Assembly (NCBI RefSeq): GCF_001194135.2
Contig: NC_068987.1
Location: forward strand, 17,236,487-17,300,486
Direction of reading: 5' to 3'
DNA from: Octopus bimaculoides
Lineage: Eukaryota
DNA: 64,000 nt
The notes under the pieces are model-generated. The model was not told the DNA's origin. It ran no database searches and saw only the letters and a list, made by a program, of their open reading frames with translations. The translations under genes were made by a program, and so were the position numbers. Numbering within the stretch: the first letter of the stretch is position 1; every line of letters starts with the position of its first letter. Positions 1-13,999 of this stretch are shown in pieces.

Positions 1-61
1 CACGAACATTAAATTTTATGTTTGCAGGTAATATTAAGATATTAACATTCGGATATAATTT

Positions 62-400
62 TTATGGTTAGGAACGTTGCTTCGTATTTACGTAGTATTG
101 AATTCAGCGTCGCTGCGTACACCTTGGTGGAAGTATGCTCTTCTATATCATGATTTTGCAAGTGAATTTGGTAAACGGAGCTATCTGAACGCTGGGCGTA
201 TTTACATATAAGGACATACATTTATTTGTATTTATATATACATATACATGTGTATGTGTAATTGTCTTCTTTTGACTCCCTCCACTTGAGAAATAATCTT
301 GCTTTGTTTACGTTGAAGTAAAGACTCAAAAAAACGAAAATCTATAAGATGACACAGCTTGGCCGCATTCCAATGATTGAAACAAGTAAAAGATTAAAAG
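62..400 (+). mobile_element. Degenerate SINE family A copy (tRNA-derived head, central microsatellite, conserved tail)
   Basis: Head remnant (tggttaggaacgttgcttc...caccttggtggaagtatgctcttctata) and tail (ggccgcattccaatgattgaaacaagtaaaagattaaaag) match the intact copy at 28659-29080. Confidence 0.6.
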
Positions 401-749
401 GAAGTAATTGTATTCATCATTTCATCCTCCATAACGAATGTCCATTTGTTTAAAAGTTATAAATTTATCAATGACGTATCAGTTATCCGATTTTACTTGG
501 TATGAGATCACCTTTCTTAAAGTACTACGTGTTTGATTATCGAAAACGAGCCGCAACATATTTCTTATGTTTATTCGTATATTAGCTATAAGAGTTAAGG
601 TGCAATCTTAAAACAAACGAATGGTGATCATAGTTACTGTACGGCATAGTTACTAGACTTGCTGCGGGCAAAGCAACTAATAAAAACAATTTAGATTCTC
701 ATATTTAGTAATGTCAATTTACTACACATTCTTAAAGAGATTGAGATGC

Positions 750-930
750 TACATTAACACTACCAACATCTTCAATGTAACATATAACAAAGAGAATATG
801 TTCTTATAATATTGCCTATATGTTGTAGCCGAAACAGAGAGGTGGCTTCGTAGAATTTCGGTATTTACATAGGAGTTTATACGTATAGAGTTCAAAGCTA
901 CACAACGTCCACTGTTTCTAAAAATCCTCC
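750..930 (+). pseudogene. Possible Penelope-like GIY-YIG endonuclease relic
   Basis: Translation gives ...FNVTY...CLYVVAETERWLRRIS, resembling the NVIY..C..C.LYVGET.R.L..R motif of Penelope-like elements; heavily decayed. Confidence 0.3.
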
Positions 931-994
931 CCATCTTGATTAGTGTCCGAGTGTACTGGAGTCGATATCTAATATCAACTCCAGTACTCTCTCA

Positions 995-1112
995 GGTGGA
1001 CTTTGCCTTTCATCCTTTCGGGGTCGACAAAGTAAATACCAAAATATTACTGGGGTATATGTAGCCAAATTATTCCCTCTCAACCAAATTTCAGGCTTTA
1101 TGTCTATAGTGC
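995..1112 (+). mobile_element. SINE family B fragment (core and tail)
   Basis: gactttgcctttcatcctttcggggtcgac core motif shared with more than 12 other copies in the window. Confidence 0.75.
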
Positions 1113-1615
1113 AGTACATTTCCGTTCATTTTAGAGCTAGGTGTAATATATATTATTATATGAAGAAATTCAAAATCATCCAACTGCTTCTGGGATATCT
1201 CCGAGTATGGAATATATCGGTCATCAAAGACAAATTGGGAAAAAAGGAAAAATGTTAATGGCATATATTAATAAGATAACCACATAGAGGAAAGGAGTAA
1301 AAGAATAAGGAGATGGAAAGAAAGAGAAAAAAAGAAAAGCATAAAAGTCAATAGTTGAACTTTACGAAGTTATATAAACCAGATCATGAGTCCTTAGGGG
1401 CAATCCTGTTTAGATCCATGATCTTCTTAAAATAATATTATATACAAATTGATATGTGTACCTTGTCTTCATGGTTGCTGTTATGTTTAACAATTATATA
1501 TCCACTGCATCGGAGATCTGCAATGGCTACATAACTACCGCCTCGGCTATAACCTTGGAGCCCCAGTAATCGGTTGCAGCACTTACCTAGCGTACCTAAT
1601 CGTTTAGATCACCTG

Positions 1616-1669
<54 letters not shown>

Positions 1670-2529
1670 CATATATATTATCATTTGGTAATTCACGTAA
1701 TTGTTTATTCTGAACTTACTTTCACAAGATTCGATATTTTTTCAGATAATCACTGAGAGTGCGCGCACGCAGACGCACACACACTGACATACATTTAGTA
1801 CGAGAAATAGAAATTTTGCATTACATATATGGGACATATTGTACTATAAGTAGTATCATTATACTTGAAATTGAAAATATCGTTTAGTATTCATCGTATG
1901 CAGCGCATTATAGATATGTATTTTACTTTCCCTTTCTTTCATTTTCTCCGATTTTACTTGTTCTGAATATAAAACTACACAACAAGTTTAAACATCTAAT
2001 TTATGTAAAACACATTTATGAATGTGATCTACAGGGGAAAAAAATGTGGAAAGCGTAATATACAGAGTGAAATTAAAAAGGCTGAGGGAAGGGTAACCTT
2101 TCATATATTTTTGTGTATAAATGGAGAAGTTTTAACGATAATTTCTAAACGATATTCCTGCACATTGTTTCTTGTTTTTCTCCGAATAGTTAATTAGCCG
2201 AAACCTCGTGAGATTTGGAACTGTCATTATTCATCAGGTATACCGTCTTCGTTTACAACATTTAAGTATATTGTATATTCGCCGAATCTTCTAGCAAATA
2301 GCTGTCTGAATTTAGTTATGAGCATCTCATTACAAGTGCAGAAAACTGTGATTTCAAAACCATAACTGATATTAGAATTGTGTATAATAAACACTACAAA
2401 TCTCTTGTGAGACAAAAGAACGACAATTTAGCGATTTATATATTGAATATGTGAAAAACATTTTACTGCTGTAAATGTTAAAATATGTTCAATAAATACA
2501 AGATAATAGATAATAATGATTTCAAATTT

Positions 2530-2735
2530 TGGCAAAAGACCAACAATTTCGGGGAAGGGAATAAGTCGATTACATCGACCCCCAGTGTTCAAATGGTATT
2601 TATTTTATCGACCATGAAATGGATGAAAGGCAAAGTCGATCTCGGCAGCACAAGAACCCAGAACGTAAAGACGGGCAAAATACCGCCAAGCTTTTTTGCT
2701 CGGCGTCCTAACGTGTCTGCCAAGCTCGCCGCTTT
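2530..2735 (-). mobile_element. SINE family B copy
   Basis: gtcgattacatcgacccc...ggatgaaaggcaaagtcgatctcggc...gccaagctcgcc is the reverse complement of the family B head and core. Confidence 0.85.
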
Positions 2736-2904
2736 CAGATAACAGATAGTATTATCAACAACATCAACCAAGTATCAAAACTTATAATGTGCTAAAAGAA
2801 TCCCCGTGAGACCTCTGAGAGCAGGCTGCTGTCCGCGCTCACATAATCTACCAGAACAAGCAACACCGAACATTCTAAGAAATAAAACAATAATAATAAT
2901 AATG

Positions 2905-3400
2905 ATAAACCGCAGAGAGTGGCAAGTCGGAGACTAAGAAAATCCTCTGGGATTTTCCAATCTAAACGGATCGGGTGCTAGAAAATAACAGACTAGACTT
3001 AGCGGTGGTCGAAAAGATGAACCACATGTGCTATATAGTTGATGCTGCACGCGCCTTTGGCCCACGAATATTCAAGAAGAAAGGCGAAAAAAATGAATAC
3101 AACCCTTTCAAGTACGAAAGAGCTCAGCTATGGAAAATGAAGAGGTTGAAGATAGTGCCAATTATTGTCGGGTCCTTGGGGACAGTACCAGAAGGCGTGA
3201 ATAGGAATATAAATGAAGTTGGAATAAAGTGTCTTATAGAACTGTGACAAAAATTTTGTCTCGGAATGGCCAGAATGATCAGGAAAGTATTAGACAGCTG
3301 AAAAGAACGGATAGCATGGTACCATAGGCTACATGTAGCAAGCCCGCTAGGCATGCAAGACTCCATGATCTTCAACAAAACCTGTGATAAAAAGAAATAA
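2905..3400 (+). mobile_element. 5'-truncated R4/Dong-clade non-LTR retrotransposon: REL endonuclease domain plus 3' UTR
   Basis: KILWDFPI*TDRVLENNRLDLAVVEK..CYIVDAA..F...EK.EY...LWKMKRLKIVPIIVGSLGTV...L*Q..LG.AR.IRKVLDS* follows the R4/Dong REL pattern (KILWDF.IQTD, RPD, VPIVIGALG, LLGTARILRKVL); contains stops and a frameshift. Confidence 0.85.
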
Positions 3401-3874
3401 CAATAACAATATCTAAGTATATCTGAATAAGTAATTGTATTCCGAAATATCATTGGATTATGGATAACTAAATTACAACAGGTATATAGTCCATTTTTTT
3501 GTATTATAGTGCATTGCTGTACCATTCAAAACTTTTTATTCTTTACATACGTACATACATACATACATGCATACATACATACATGCACACGTGAGGTATT
3601 GGAGGTATTTTGGGGTACTGGGATAGGTAACACACTACCTAAATGTCAATCTTCAGAAACTAGGTATCTCAAAACCAAAAAGAAGAAAGCTGATTCGAAG
3701 ACTACAGATTAAAATTAGACTACAGATAGGAACTGTAATAAATTTGTAAAACTTTACAAAAGTTTATCGTTTAAGTATTCATGAGCATATCTAGATATGC
3801 AAGTATATACATGAGTAAACACATGAAATAAAGCATACAAATCTGTACATAAACATACATACATACAACAATAC

Positions 3875-3980
3875 CCTGTTGTTGATGCTGAAATTCCAAT
3901 AAAGGAGTCTTGGGTCTAGGCTAGAAACCGACTCTTTCTCTATTGGCAAAAAATCTTGATATAAAAACTGAATAATGACA
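3875..3980 (+). repeat. Short interspersed repeat (family C), unclassified
   Basis: ctaggctagaaaccgactctttctctattggcaa; related sequence at about 9545-9570 (reverse strand) and about 44658. Confidence 0.4.
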
Positions 3981-6039
3981 TACATACACACATACATACA
4001 TTCTCCTGATATAGTTTGCATTATATACACATTGATGCATATGTATATATAATGCAAATTTCCTTCAATTGAATGTGTTTCCTAGTTGTGTAACGACACG
4101 CAGCAGTGTATGGAGTAAAAATAGAAAGAATTTGATTCAAGTAGCACAAACATCTCACTACCAACCCTGTAAATTTCCTTCCCTACTGCAGTCGAAAACA
4201 TAAGGAGGACTTACACTGCTACGAGCACTACACCAACTAAAACGGCAGGAAAACAGTAATCATAACAACAGCAAAAATAGCATTGATAAAAAAACACCAA
4301 CGAAAGAACAGCGACTACTTCCCCGACCAAACGAAATATTACAGCAATGTTTTGCCATCAACAAATAAAATATAGACAGATGATCACAACTAAGCTCATT
4401 TCTCGTTGTCCGTGAAGATCTGAGCAAAAATTCTATCACCAGTTATCTTTCACGAGTTAAAAAATCGAAAATGAAGACGCGAAAATTTATTTGAAGTTAG
4501 AATATTCCACGATTCAGCAGGGGGCCTTCCCAACCAACACACATACGTATTGCAACTACCAAGAACACCATCATCCTTACCAAGAAGACCGATACCCCCT
4601 CCCATCATCATGAGCCCCAACACCCGCACCACTACCACCAACAACGGCACCACCACCACCGGCACCACCGGCACCAGTGGCACCCCCCCACAACCACCGT
4701 CACCCCACCACCACCATCCCTAATGCCACCAACATAACGACAACAATTGCTAAACCTACAACCATATCGATAATAAAAGCAACAAAACTACATTATCAAA
4801 GATTCCCGAAACATCAATAGGTCAACAAAACCAGAAGAATACCAACAGCCCAACACACAAGAACTGTTTCTCACCGTTTTCACCGCTATAATGTCTATGT
4901 ATATTGTTGCTTAGTTGCTATGAGTGGCTTGAACTGGTGGTGGAATGCCTAGCCTGACTATAATTGAAATGGGTATTTCAAGAGATATTCATTCCAATGG
5001 ATGCATTCAGGAACCATCTTTTGATTGTGTTCAGCGTACTGATGGAATGCGCAAGAAGGTTTTATTTTTCTTCTTCTCTTATGCACCTGCCAAATAATAT
5101 CGAGGATAACTTGTATACATTTATTTCATGAATTTCTCATTGATCCAGTTCCGAAAAAGAAACTGCCTAAGTGACGTAAATGCGTGTTACGTTAATCTGG
5201 GCTTTTTTTTTTCTTACATTCGAAACATTACTCATCTCTGGATTCCTGTGTTTCTTTTATATAACAACATTGACCTTGCTTTCTCACATCATCTCCGCCT
5301 GAGGTTTTTAATCAAAACTGGTAAACAAAGATAATTATGTGATCGATATCTGATCATAGCCGAATCGAAAAACTTTCTTTGATTGTAAAGACAATAGCTT
5401 TGTCTTTCAAAGGCTGTTGGATTTGTTTTATAAAGATATAGGATTGATTTTTTTAATACTGTTGTTATAGCTACTCAGAATACTGACTGTCCATATTATA
5501 ACGACATAGATTATTCAAGAATATAAAAGGGATGGATGGCAAAATGTTTCCCGTTCTTATATCATTTATTGTAAGGGATTACGGAATCTAAGCATCAGTT
5601 TCGATTTTGAATCAACGAGGATTTCTATGGAAATGTTGGTATTCATAGTAATTATATTGTGTAAACAAATATCAATACAACAGCTAAACCAGCATTTCGT
5701 TCCAACTTGCTGTGTATACAGTAGTGTTCCATTCTTAAATAAAACTTCGGTTGTTGGCAATTTTCATTTCGCCCTGAAATGTTCACAGCATATTGTTACA
5801 TTTGCTTGAAAAAAACTGCTTCCTTTTCTCAAAAGAATATGCGTGCCTGCATTGGTGTCTGTGAGTAGACGTGTATATAGAAATACATAATCGCGTGATT
5901 ATATGTATGTATATATGCATATACAAACAGAAAGACACACACACACACATATCTATATGTAAAATATAATTAAGATTCAGTACAGTTACATATTTAGATT
6001 TAAGACACACACTAAGACAAACACACACGCACGCACTTG

Positions 6040-6081
<42 letters not shown>

Positions 6082-6089
6082 AACAACCA

Positions 6090-6252
6090 AACGCACCTAC
6101 AAACAAACAGGTTCCGTCTAGCAAATCTACTCCCAAAGCTTTTGTCGTTCCGAGGCTATAGTAGAAAACACTTGTTGAATGTGCTACGCAGTTGGATGGA
6201 ACCCAGAACCATGCAGTTGGGAAGCAAGTTTCTTACCACATAGCCATACCCA
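6090..6252 (-). mobile_element. SINE family A 5' half
   Basis: Reverse complement of the family A head (ccgtcta..aaatc.actc.caaagctt...cgaggctatagtagaaaacactt...agaaccatg...cttaccacatagcca), next to (CA)n. Confidence 0.85.
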
Positions 6253-7309
6253 CTGGAAGATATTAAGTAAACTAAAAAAAAAAAAGGAAAAGAAAACATA
6301 GCTGTAGCTTTACCTTATATTTCTACATTTTGAGGCTATGACAACTTCTTCAGAACATTTCGAAAGTGACGGATGGAAAAGGTTGTTGCTGAGATATGTG
6401 GGGAAGGGGAAGAAGATGGCGCAAGGAGAATAAAGCATGATGGAGGAAGCTGACATGCGCAAACTAGTGTTGCTATAATGACCAGTCTTTTTCATGTACT
6501 TCCTTCCTGTAGTCTATGGCTGGTTACAATCTGTTGATAAGAAGGGCCTTCATGATTCTAAGATTGCCGCACTTGATTTTCTTTCTCGCCCCTCTTACAT
6601 TTCGAGGTTTGGCACTTCTTTAGGTGCTTTTTGGTCGAAGTGCCTGTACGTAATACTTTAGCCTGGTACATTTACGGGCGGTTTTGCATAATATTTTATA
6701 AACCGGTTAAGACAATCTGGACACAGCATTTAATAGGGCTTATCCTTACTTCTATAATAAATTACATCAAGCCGTAAATATGTTCATAAAAATCAAACTA
6801 TGAAAAAGTACATGTGCTAGTGTACCGTTAACTATGATTCCATTCTCTCGTAAATTGCATCAATTGAAAGTACATGAGCCTGTAAGAGCAATTTTACAAC
6901 AGCAAGGAAACAATATAATACAGGTAAAAGGACCCAGACCCAGCTTTGGTCAGGTGTTTTCATTATCTCTCACAGCGTAACGTTTACGTCTTTCTTCGTC
7001 GCAGCGATGAACTAGAAGCGCTTCATTAATGCAAGACACTTTTATTTTTATTTTTATGCATTTATCGATACACGGAGAAACCAGAGTTACATATACTGAG
7101 AAGTATTGGCGTACAAATTCAGATGTAGACAAATTCAGGTATAGTGATTTGATTGCAATGGAATAAATGGAAAGATACACGCACACGCACACAAACGCAC
7201 AAATACGTATGTGTTTGTGTGTGTATGTGTTTGTGTGTGTATGTGTTTGTGTGTGTATGTCTACTTGGCAATGGATGTTTATATACAGATACATTATACA
7301 TATATGAAA

Positions 7310-7575
7310 GCACATGTAAGGGTGGTCAGACTATTGGGCTCACGATCGTGATATCGTGAGTTCGATATACCGCAGGGCGTTGCGTCCTTGAGCAAGATAC
7401 TTTAATTCACGATGCTCTTGTCCACTCAGCAGGCAAATTTAAATTGTATCTGTATTTCAAAGAGGCAGCTCTATTACAATGGATGTGTCACACTAGTTAT
7501 CTCTGAGAACTACGTAACTGTGGAGTGCTAAAGCACGTCTCAAGTGGAATCCTACTTGGCGACACCGACGGAGAG
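7310..7575 (+). mobile_element. SINE family D copy (tRNA-derived head)
   Basis: B-box gagttcgatat followed by gcgttgcgtccttgagcaagatactttaattcacg..ccactcagc; followed by a (TATC)n tract. Confidence 0.7.
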
Positions 7576-7586
7576 CCAAGCTATAC

Positions 7587-7636
<50 letters not shown>

Positions 7637-8519
7637 GTTTTTCTGTATGTCTGTCTATCTATCTATCCGTCTGTCTGTCCGTCTGTCCGTCTGTCTGTCC
7701 GTCTATCTATCCCTAGATAGATAGAGAGTTAGATAGATAGGTCGGTAGGTAGGCAGGTATGTAGGCAACTAAAGGGATTAGGTAGAACAGTTTTAACTCT
7801 CTCACGATCGATTGAAAATAATACGTATATACACATGCGCGCATTTATGTATGTGTGTGTTTTGTGAGAAAGAGACATATGCATATATATATATATACAT
7901 ATATATATATNNNNNNNNNNNNNNNNNNNNNNNNNNNNNNNNNNNNNNNNNNNNNNNNNNNNNNNNNNNNNNNNNNNNNNNNNNNNNNNNNNNNNNNNNN
8001 NNNNNNNNNNNNNNNNNNNNNNNNNNNNNNNNNNNNATATATATAGTTGTGATTAAAGTAATCACTATTTGTAATTGTAAATTATTGGCTGCTGCGTAGA
8101 AATCAATATATTAGCAAGGGAGGATTAGGTATTTAATACAATCAAATGGATCCATATAATGTTATTACAAAATATCAAGCAGAATGTGTTTTTTTCTTTC
8201 TTTATAAAAGTTTATTACCAAATTATTTAAAAGAGAAACACAGAAGAAAAAAACTGCAATATATTCAATATTTCAAAAGTTTTGATGATTTAAAAGTGGC
8301 AAGCGAGACTAAGCTAGTCATTCTGCAAACAGGAAACTTAATTTCAAATGAAAGATATTGACAAAGGATTAAAATATATATCAGATAAGCAGATACCTTT
8401 CAAAAGCAATTAGAAATCTTAATCCTGTGTAGGTATTAAGGAAAATATATAACGGTCTAATACTTTGCACAAGAGTTACAAATATTTTTATCTAATCTGG
8501 ATATTTGGCTACTTCGGTT

Positions 8520-8900
8520 GCAATATCTATGAGAATATTCTTCTATCTGAAGGGGTCATAAAGAAATGACTTGCAGTCTGTTTAATGACTGTGTATCCTG
8601 GATACATCCTTGTCCTGATCATTGCGAAGTCTTTGACTACATCATTCGTTAATGCGGCAAGAAAGACGTCACTGTCATCAGGAGAGCAACAAAGGCAGAC
8701 AACTGCGGAGCGGGCCTCGAAACCTAAAGTTCAAGCTGAGAATTTCCAAGAATATATCAAAGGCCAACTGGGAAACGGGACCACTAACACCATGGTCACA
8801 AATAAAACGTGAACTGCAGTCCGAAACATCATCTACAAAGGTGATGAGAACACCACTGGCTTCACGAAGACGAAGTGTCAGGATTAGTGGGAAGAACATG
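8520..8900 (+). mobile_element. RTE-clade LINE fragment, C-terminal part of the AP endonuclease
   Basis: VSWIHPCPDHCEVFDYII..GKKDVTVIRRATKADNCG followed by NLKFKLRI resembles RTE TWMHPRSKHWHLIDYII..DRKDV..TRAM.GADC.TDH..L.SKLRI; frameshifted. Confidence 0.7.
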
Positions 8901-9631
8901 AGGAAAGAATCTCGATCGTATGTAAAATAAACAACCTCTGAATATATTTTAAATACGGTGAGATACAGAGGCTGATATAAGATCCAGTATTTCAACAGCG
9001 CATCATGAGACATGTAAAAACATATTTGAATAAGATGCAGTTCATACAAAACGGAACACATAGAAATGATACGCACTGCATCTCCTACAGCAGTAACTTC
9101 ATGATTAAGAGCTTACGAATTTATAATTAATCGCTATGTAAGTAGAAGCACATTCTCTATAGAAGAAACGCATTATATTATACGAAATCGATGTCATGTA
9201 AAGAAAAATATTTGGCTGATTAAAACAAAAAAAAAAAACATAGGAAAATATTTTATTAGATATGTTTAGGTGTCTATTTACGGAAACACGGATTTGTTTC
9301 GCAGAATTAATGATGGGAATTAGCGCTTGTATATATTACATTTAACAACTTCGTATTAAGAAAATGTTTTTATACTACGTCATAAGTTTGAGATTCTTTC
9401 GCATTCTTTATATGTTTATTCACTTAAAATTGAAAGTTTTCTACGTATGTATGTATGTATGTATGTATGTATGCATGTATATATGCACGCGTGTGTGTGT
9501 GTCCGTTCTATTTTTTAATTATTATACATCTTCCACTGAGGAGGGAGCCGGTTTCAAGACTTCATCTTTGGCTTGTAGTTAACACAGACAAAATCGTGAC
9601 TACAACTAGGAACTTTCACAGAAACAGTGAC

Positions 9632-9672
<41 letters not shown>

Positions 9673-10238
9673 TATTTAGTGATTTGAGAGAAAGTGAGAG
9701 AATGAACGAGAGATGTGTGGGCAGTATAATTTAAAGAGAAATGTCTAGAGCAGACAACAGCCTAGTAAACTTAATGGCAATACATAAATATATTGGAAGA
9801 ATTATAAAGAAATATATGTTCATGTCATTATATGTGATGGTCTTATAATATATCTACATTGCAAAACGTAGTTGTATGTAAGAATAAAGGTATGTCAATA
9901 TGTGTGCATGTTAAGAAATTTTTAATAATTTCGAATAATTTATGGTTTTTAGATTTGATATATATTGGAAGCAAATTTTTTTTCCTACATTTAAATATAA
10001 AATATTTTTTTGTAAGTTTCTCGAAGTGTATTGACGGATATAACCCTTGGTCAAAATTATGGCGAATTTCCACAACGGAAAGCAAATGTGTTACATGTAT
10101 TTCAGCGTCGTCGCACATTATCTATAAAGTGTACACGTAGCCAGCCAGATGTTCAGAAGAGATTCGACGCCTCTAACATATAAGAAATAGTGAATCTATA
10201 TTTACTAGGATTACAAATAGCTCCCATTGCCTCTCGCA

Positions 10239-10272
<34 letters not shown>

Positions 10273-12275
10273 ATATGAATTATAGTTTTTGTTCCAATAT
10301 TTGTTATCATATGAGATCAAATACTGTCTTGATCAAATTGTTTTACTTTTTATACTTTCACGTTCGAGTGAGTTGACTGTCAGAAATCTGAGGAAGTTAG
10401 ATACGGTGCACATAATTCTTATTTGGTATGAATAATTCATATAATTCATATTGCACATAATTCATATTTCGTGTCTATATCGATATTGCGCTTTCTGAGG
10501 TCAAAACGCGTCCTAAGTAACTACCATAGTGGAGTAACGACAATGATACATAAGAAAAAAAGACACTGCCGAGCTTAAATGTGTTATCGTTGTTTTTGAG
10601 TAGAGAAAACTAAGGGCTAACGTATTTTTCTTTCTTCAAGAGATAACGACGACGACGATAGGGCTACCAAGCTACTAACTTGAAAAAAAGTCATCTCGTT
10701 GGACAATACTCTATTGTTAGTATAGAAGTTTGTGTGCCTAAAGATGAAGTCGTTCGATCACATAACGAATGAAGAACGATCAGCTATGCTGGGGCTTAAT
10801 AGCAACAATAACATTAGCTGCATAAATAGTGTTTAATATATGTATCCGAACTCCTGGTGTGAAATCCAAGTCTTCCATATTCGTTACATTTATATTCGTT
10901 TCAAGCAATTTTGAATAAAATTTTACGTTCGATTTCTAATTAGCATTTTATGTCTCAAACAACTTTTATCAGAAATAATATTTTAAAAAATACAGAAAAT
11001 ACAAAAATACAAAATTTCCTACGTAAAACTACTTCCAATAAACTGCAAATACAACATGAAGAATAACGGGTTACATAAATATCAAAGCGACTATTTGGAA
11101 TTCTAAACAGCGATTCCAAATTTACAAATAATGATTTAGAAATTCTTATTCTTATGCTTTCCTTTCGTTACCTTTTTTTTTTTAATTACTGTTGTTTTTA
11201 CTTGACTTAAGTTTTTTTAAATTTTCAATATGTATATATATACATATCTACATGTACGTATATATACGTGCATGTGTGTGCTTGTGTGTGTATGTGTGTG
11301 TATGTGTATGTATGTGTATGTGTGTGTGTGTGTGTATGTTTATGTATGTGTATGTGTGTGTATGTGTATATGTGTGTATGTGTATGTGTGTGTGTGTGTA
11401 ATCAAATTTATAATTATTGAAGTCTCCTGTAAGGTTTTGCTAAAAATGTGAAAACGTTTATATAAATGTTTACAGAAAATCTCATAATATTCTTCTTTAG
11501 ACTCTCTTAAAGATGGCAGCTGTTATTTTATTTATCTATTTATTTATTGATTTGATATTTTTGCACGGATGACAAATTTATAAGCAGATAACCAAAAAAA
11601 AACAAAAACAACAAACAAAAACGAAAGCAAAATATGCAGAATTTAAACAAACTACAAAAAAATTCTGTAGAGCACCAAGAAGACAGCACAACGTTAGCAA
11701 ACTTTAAATATGATTATGTATAATGAACTATAAGCAAACCTCACAGTGTAACATAACTGAAATTAACAAACAAGCAAAGAGATGAGCAAAAACATTAAAC
11801 TAACACACAAATGAAACAAAAACTATAATGAAAAATATTTAAAGAAGATAACGCAAATTCAAATCATGTTAGTTTATTAAATTCGCAGTGGAAATTAATG
11901 AAGGAAACGTGGAAATTTTAATGATATTGTGAATAAAAATTATATGTCTGCTATTTGTCACTATTTGTTGTCTTTGTTCAGAAATTCAAAGATTATATTA
12001 TAAAATTCATAAGGATTTATAAGATGAAGTGAGTGAGATCAGAACAGAAAACAGGATGGGGTGAAAAAACGCATTGAAATTTATATGAGTATGCATATTT
12101 TCATCTGTAAATTTAAATTATATACGTAATGAATGTGAGCATGTATTTGCAAACCCGCATACATGTTGGGTGTACACACACACACTCACTCACACACACA
12201 TGGAAATCGTATGTGTACATGTAGAGATATGGATACAGACATACACTGATAGAAATATGGACCTGTATGCATGTC

Positions 12276-12321
<46 letters not shown>

Positions 12322-12777
12322 NNNNNNNNNNNNNNNNNNNNNNNNNNNNNNNNNNNNNNNNNNNNNNNNNNNNNNNNNNNNNNNNNNNNNNNNNNNNNNN
12401 NNNNNNNNNNNNNNNNNNNNNNNNNNNNNNNNNNNNNNNNNNNNNNNNNNNNNNNNNNNNNNNNNNNNNNNNNNNNNNNNNNNNNNNNNNNNNNNNNNNN
12501 NNNNNNNNNNNNNNNNNNNNNNNNNNNNNNNNNNNNNNNNNNNNNNNNNNNNNNNNNNNNNNNNNNNNNNNNNNNNNNNNNNNNNNNNNNNNNNNNNNNN
12601 NNNNNNNNNNNNNNNNNNNNNNNNNNNNNNNNNNNNNNNNNNNNNNNNNNNNNNNNNNNNNNNNNNNNNNNNNNNNNNNNNNNNNNNNNNNNNNNNNNNN
12701 NNNNNNNNNNNNNNNNNNNNNNNNNNNNNNNNNNNNNNNNNNNNNNNNNNNATATATATATATATATATATATATAA

Positions 12778-13026
<249 letters not shown>

Positions 13027-13106
13027 TGAGAAAGAGAGGAAGATTTTAGGGAGAAGAAGATGATTAATACTAATACTGATTCTTTTAAGAAGAAGACCAT
13101 TAATAC

Positions 13107-13735
13107 TAATCTTTCCTAACATAGGCACAAGACCAAAAGTTTAGGGGAACAATCTACTGATGTAAACCGAGAGAAGCCCTTGGTTGGTACGTTACTTTAT
13201 CGACTCCAGAATGATGAAGGGCATTGTTAAATTCGGTGGGATTTGAACACTGAAAGTAAAGTCGCGGGACGAATACTTTGTGCGACAATCTGACGATTCT
13301 GCCACCCTTAATAATTCTTTCTAATGTAATGGGGACAGGAAGCTAATCGATTTCATTGCTCCCATTGCTCAACCGATAGTTATTCCATCGACTCCGAAAG
13401 AACAAAAGGCAAAATCGACCTCAAATTTGAACTCAGAAGGTAAAACCAGAAAAACGCTGCTGAGGATATGTCCGGCATAGTAACAATTCTGCTAGCTTGC
13501 TGCCCTCCTACACTTAATAATCATTTCTACTATAGGCACGAGGCTTGAAATTTCAGAGGAGGGGGTTAGTCGATTACATCGACCCTAGTCCATTGCTAGT
13601 ACTTATTTTATCGACCTCGAAAAGATGAAAGGAAAAATCAACCTCGGTGGTTTTTGAACTCAGAAGGTGAAGACGCACGAAATGCTGCTAAGCATTTTGT
13701 CCGGCGTGCTAACGTTTCTACCAGCTCACTACCTT
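13107..13735 (-). mobile_element. Three head-to-tail SINE family B copies
   Basis: Units at about 13107-13310, 13311-13507 and 13516-13735, each running from a taat..ttc.a.a.taggcacaag-like tail to a ttctgccagctc-like head. Confidence 0.8.
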
Positions 13736-13999
13736 CTTCCGACACTTAACAATGATTACGAAAATATACGTGAGGACTTGGATTAAGACGTATGCATATT
13801 GATGGTTTGGTAGGATGTGAATTTGACAAGAGCTTTGGCTGATATAATAGATTGAGATCCAAACTTATATGTGGATAGCGTATTTAACCTGATGTGAGAA
13901 AATGGCCGCCAGAAGTTATTTGGTGTTATATGATTCAATAAGATTAAGATAAAATCTAAAAATATGAAGGAGAAATTCCGGTTTGAAGCATCATTCTGA

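Noticed and set aside
4450-4740. Pro/His/Thr/Gly-rich low-complexity ORF-like stretch
   Set aside because: It is a degenerate (CAC/ACC)n tract; a similar tract lies at 45650-45800.
5566-5760. TTEVLFKNGTLLY...SCCIDI, superficially like a Cys-loop receptor exon
   Set aside because: There is an in-frame TGA just upstream, no FPFD motif or second Cys-loop cysteine, and no usable donor site.
6310-6780. GC-balanced unique-looking stretch
   Set aside because: No recognisable protein motif or structure; probably an old TE relic but unassignable by eye.
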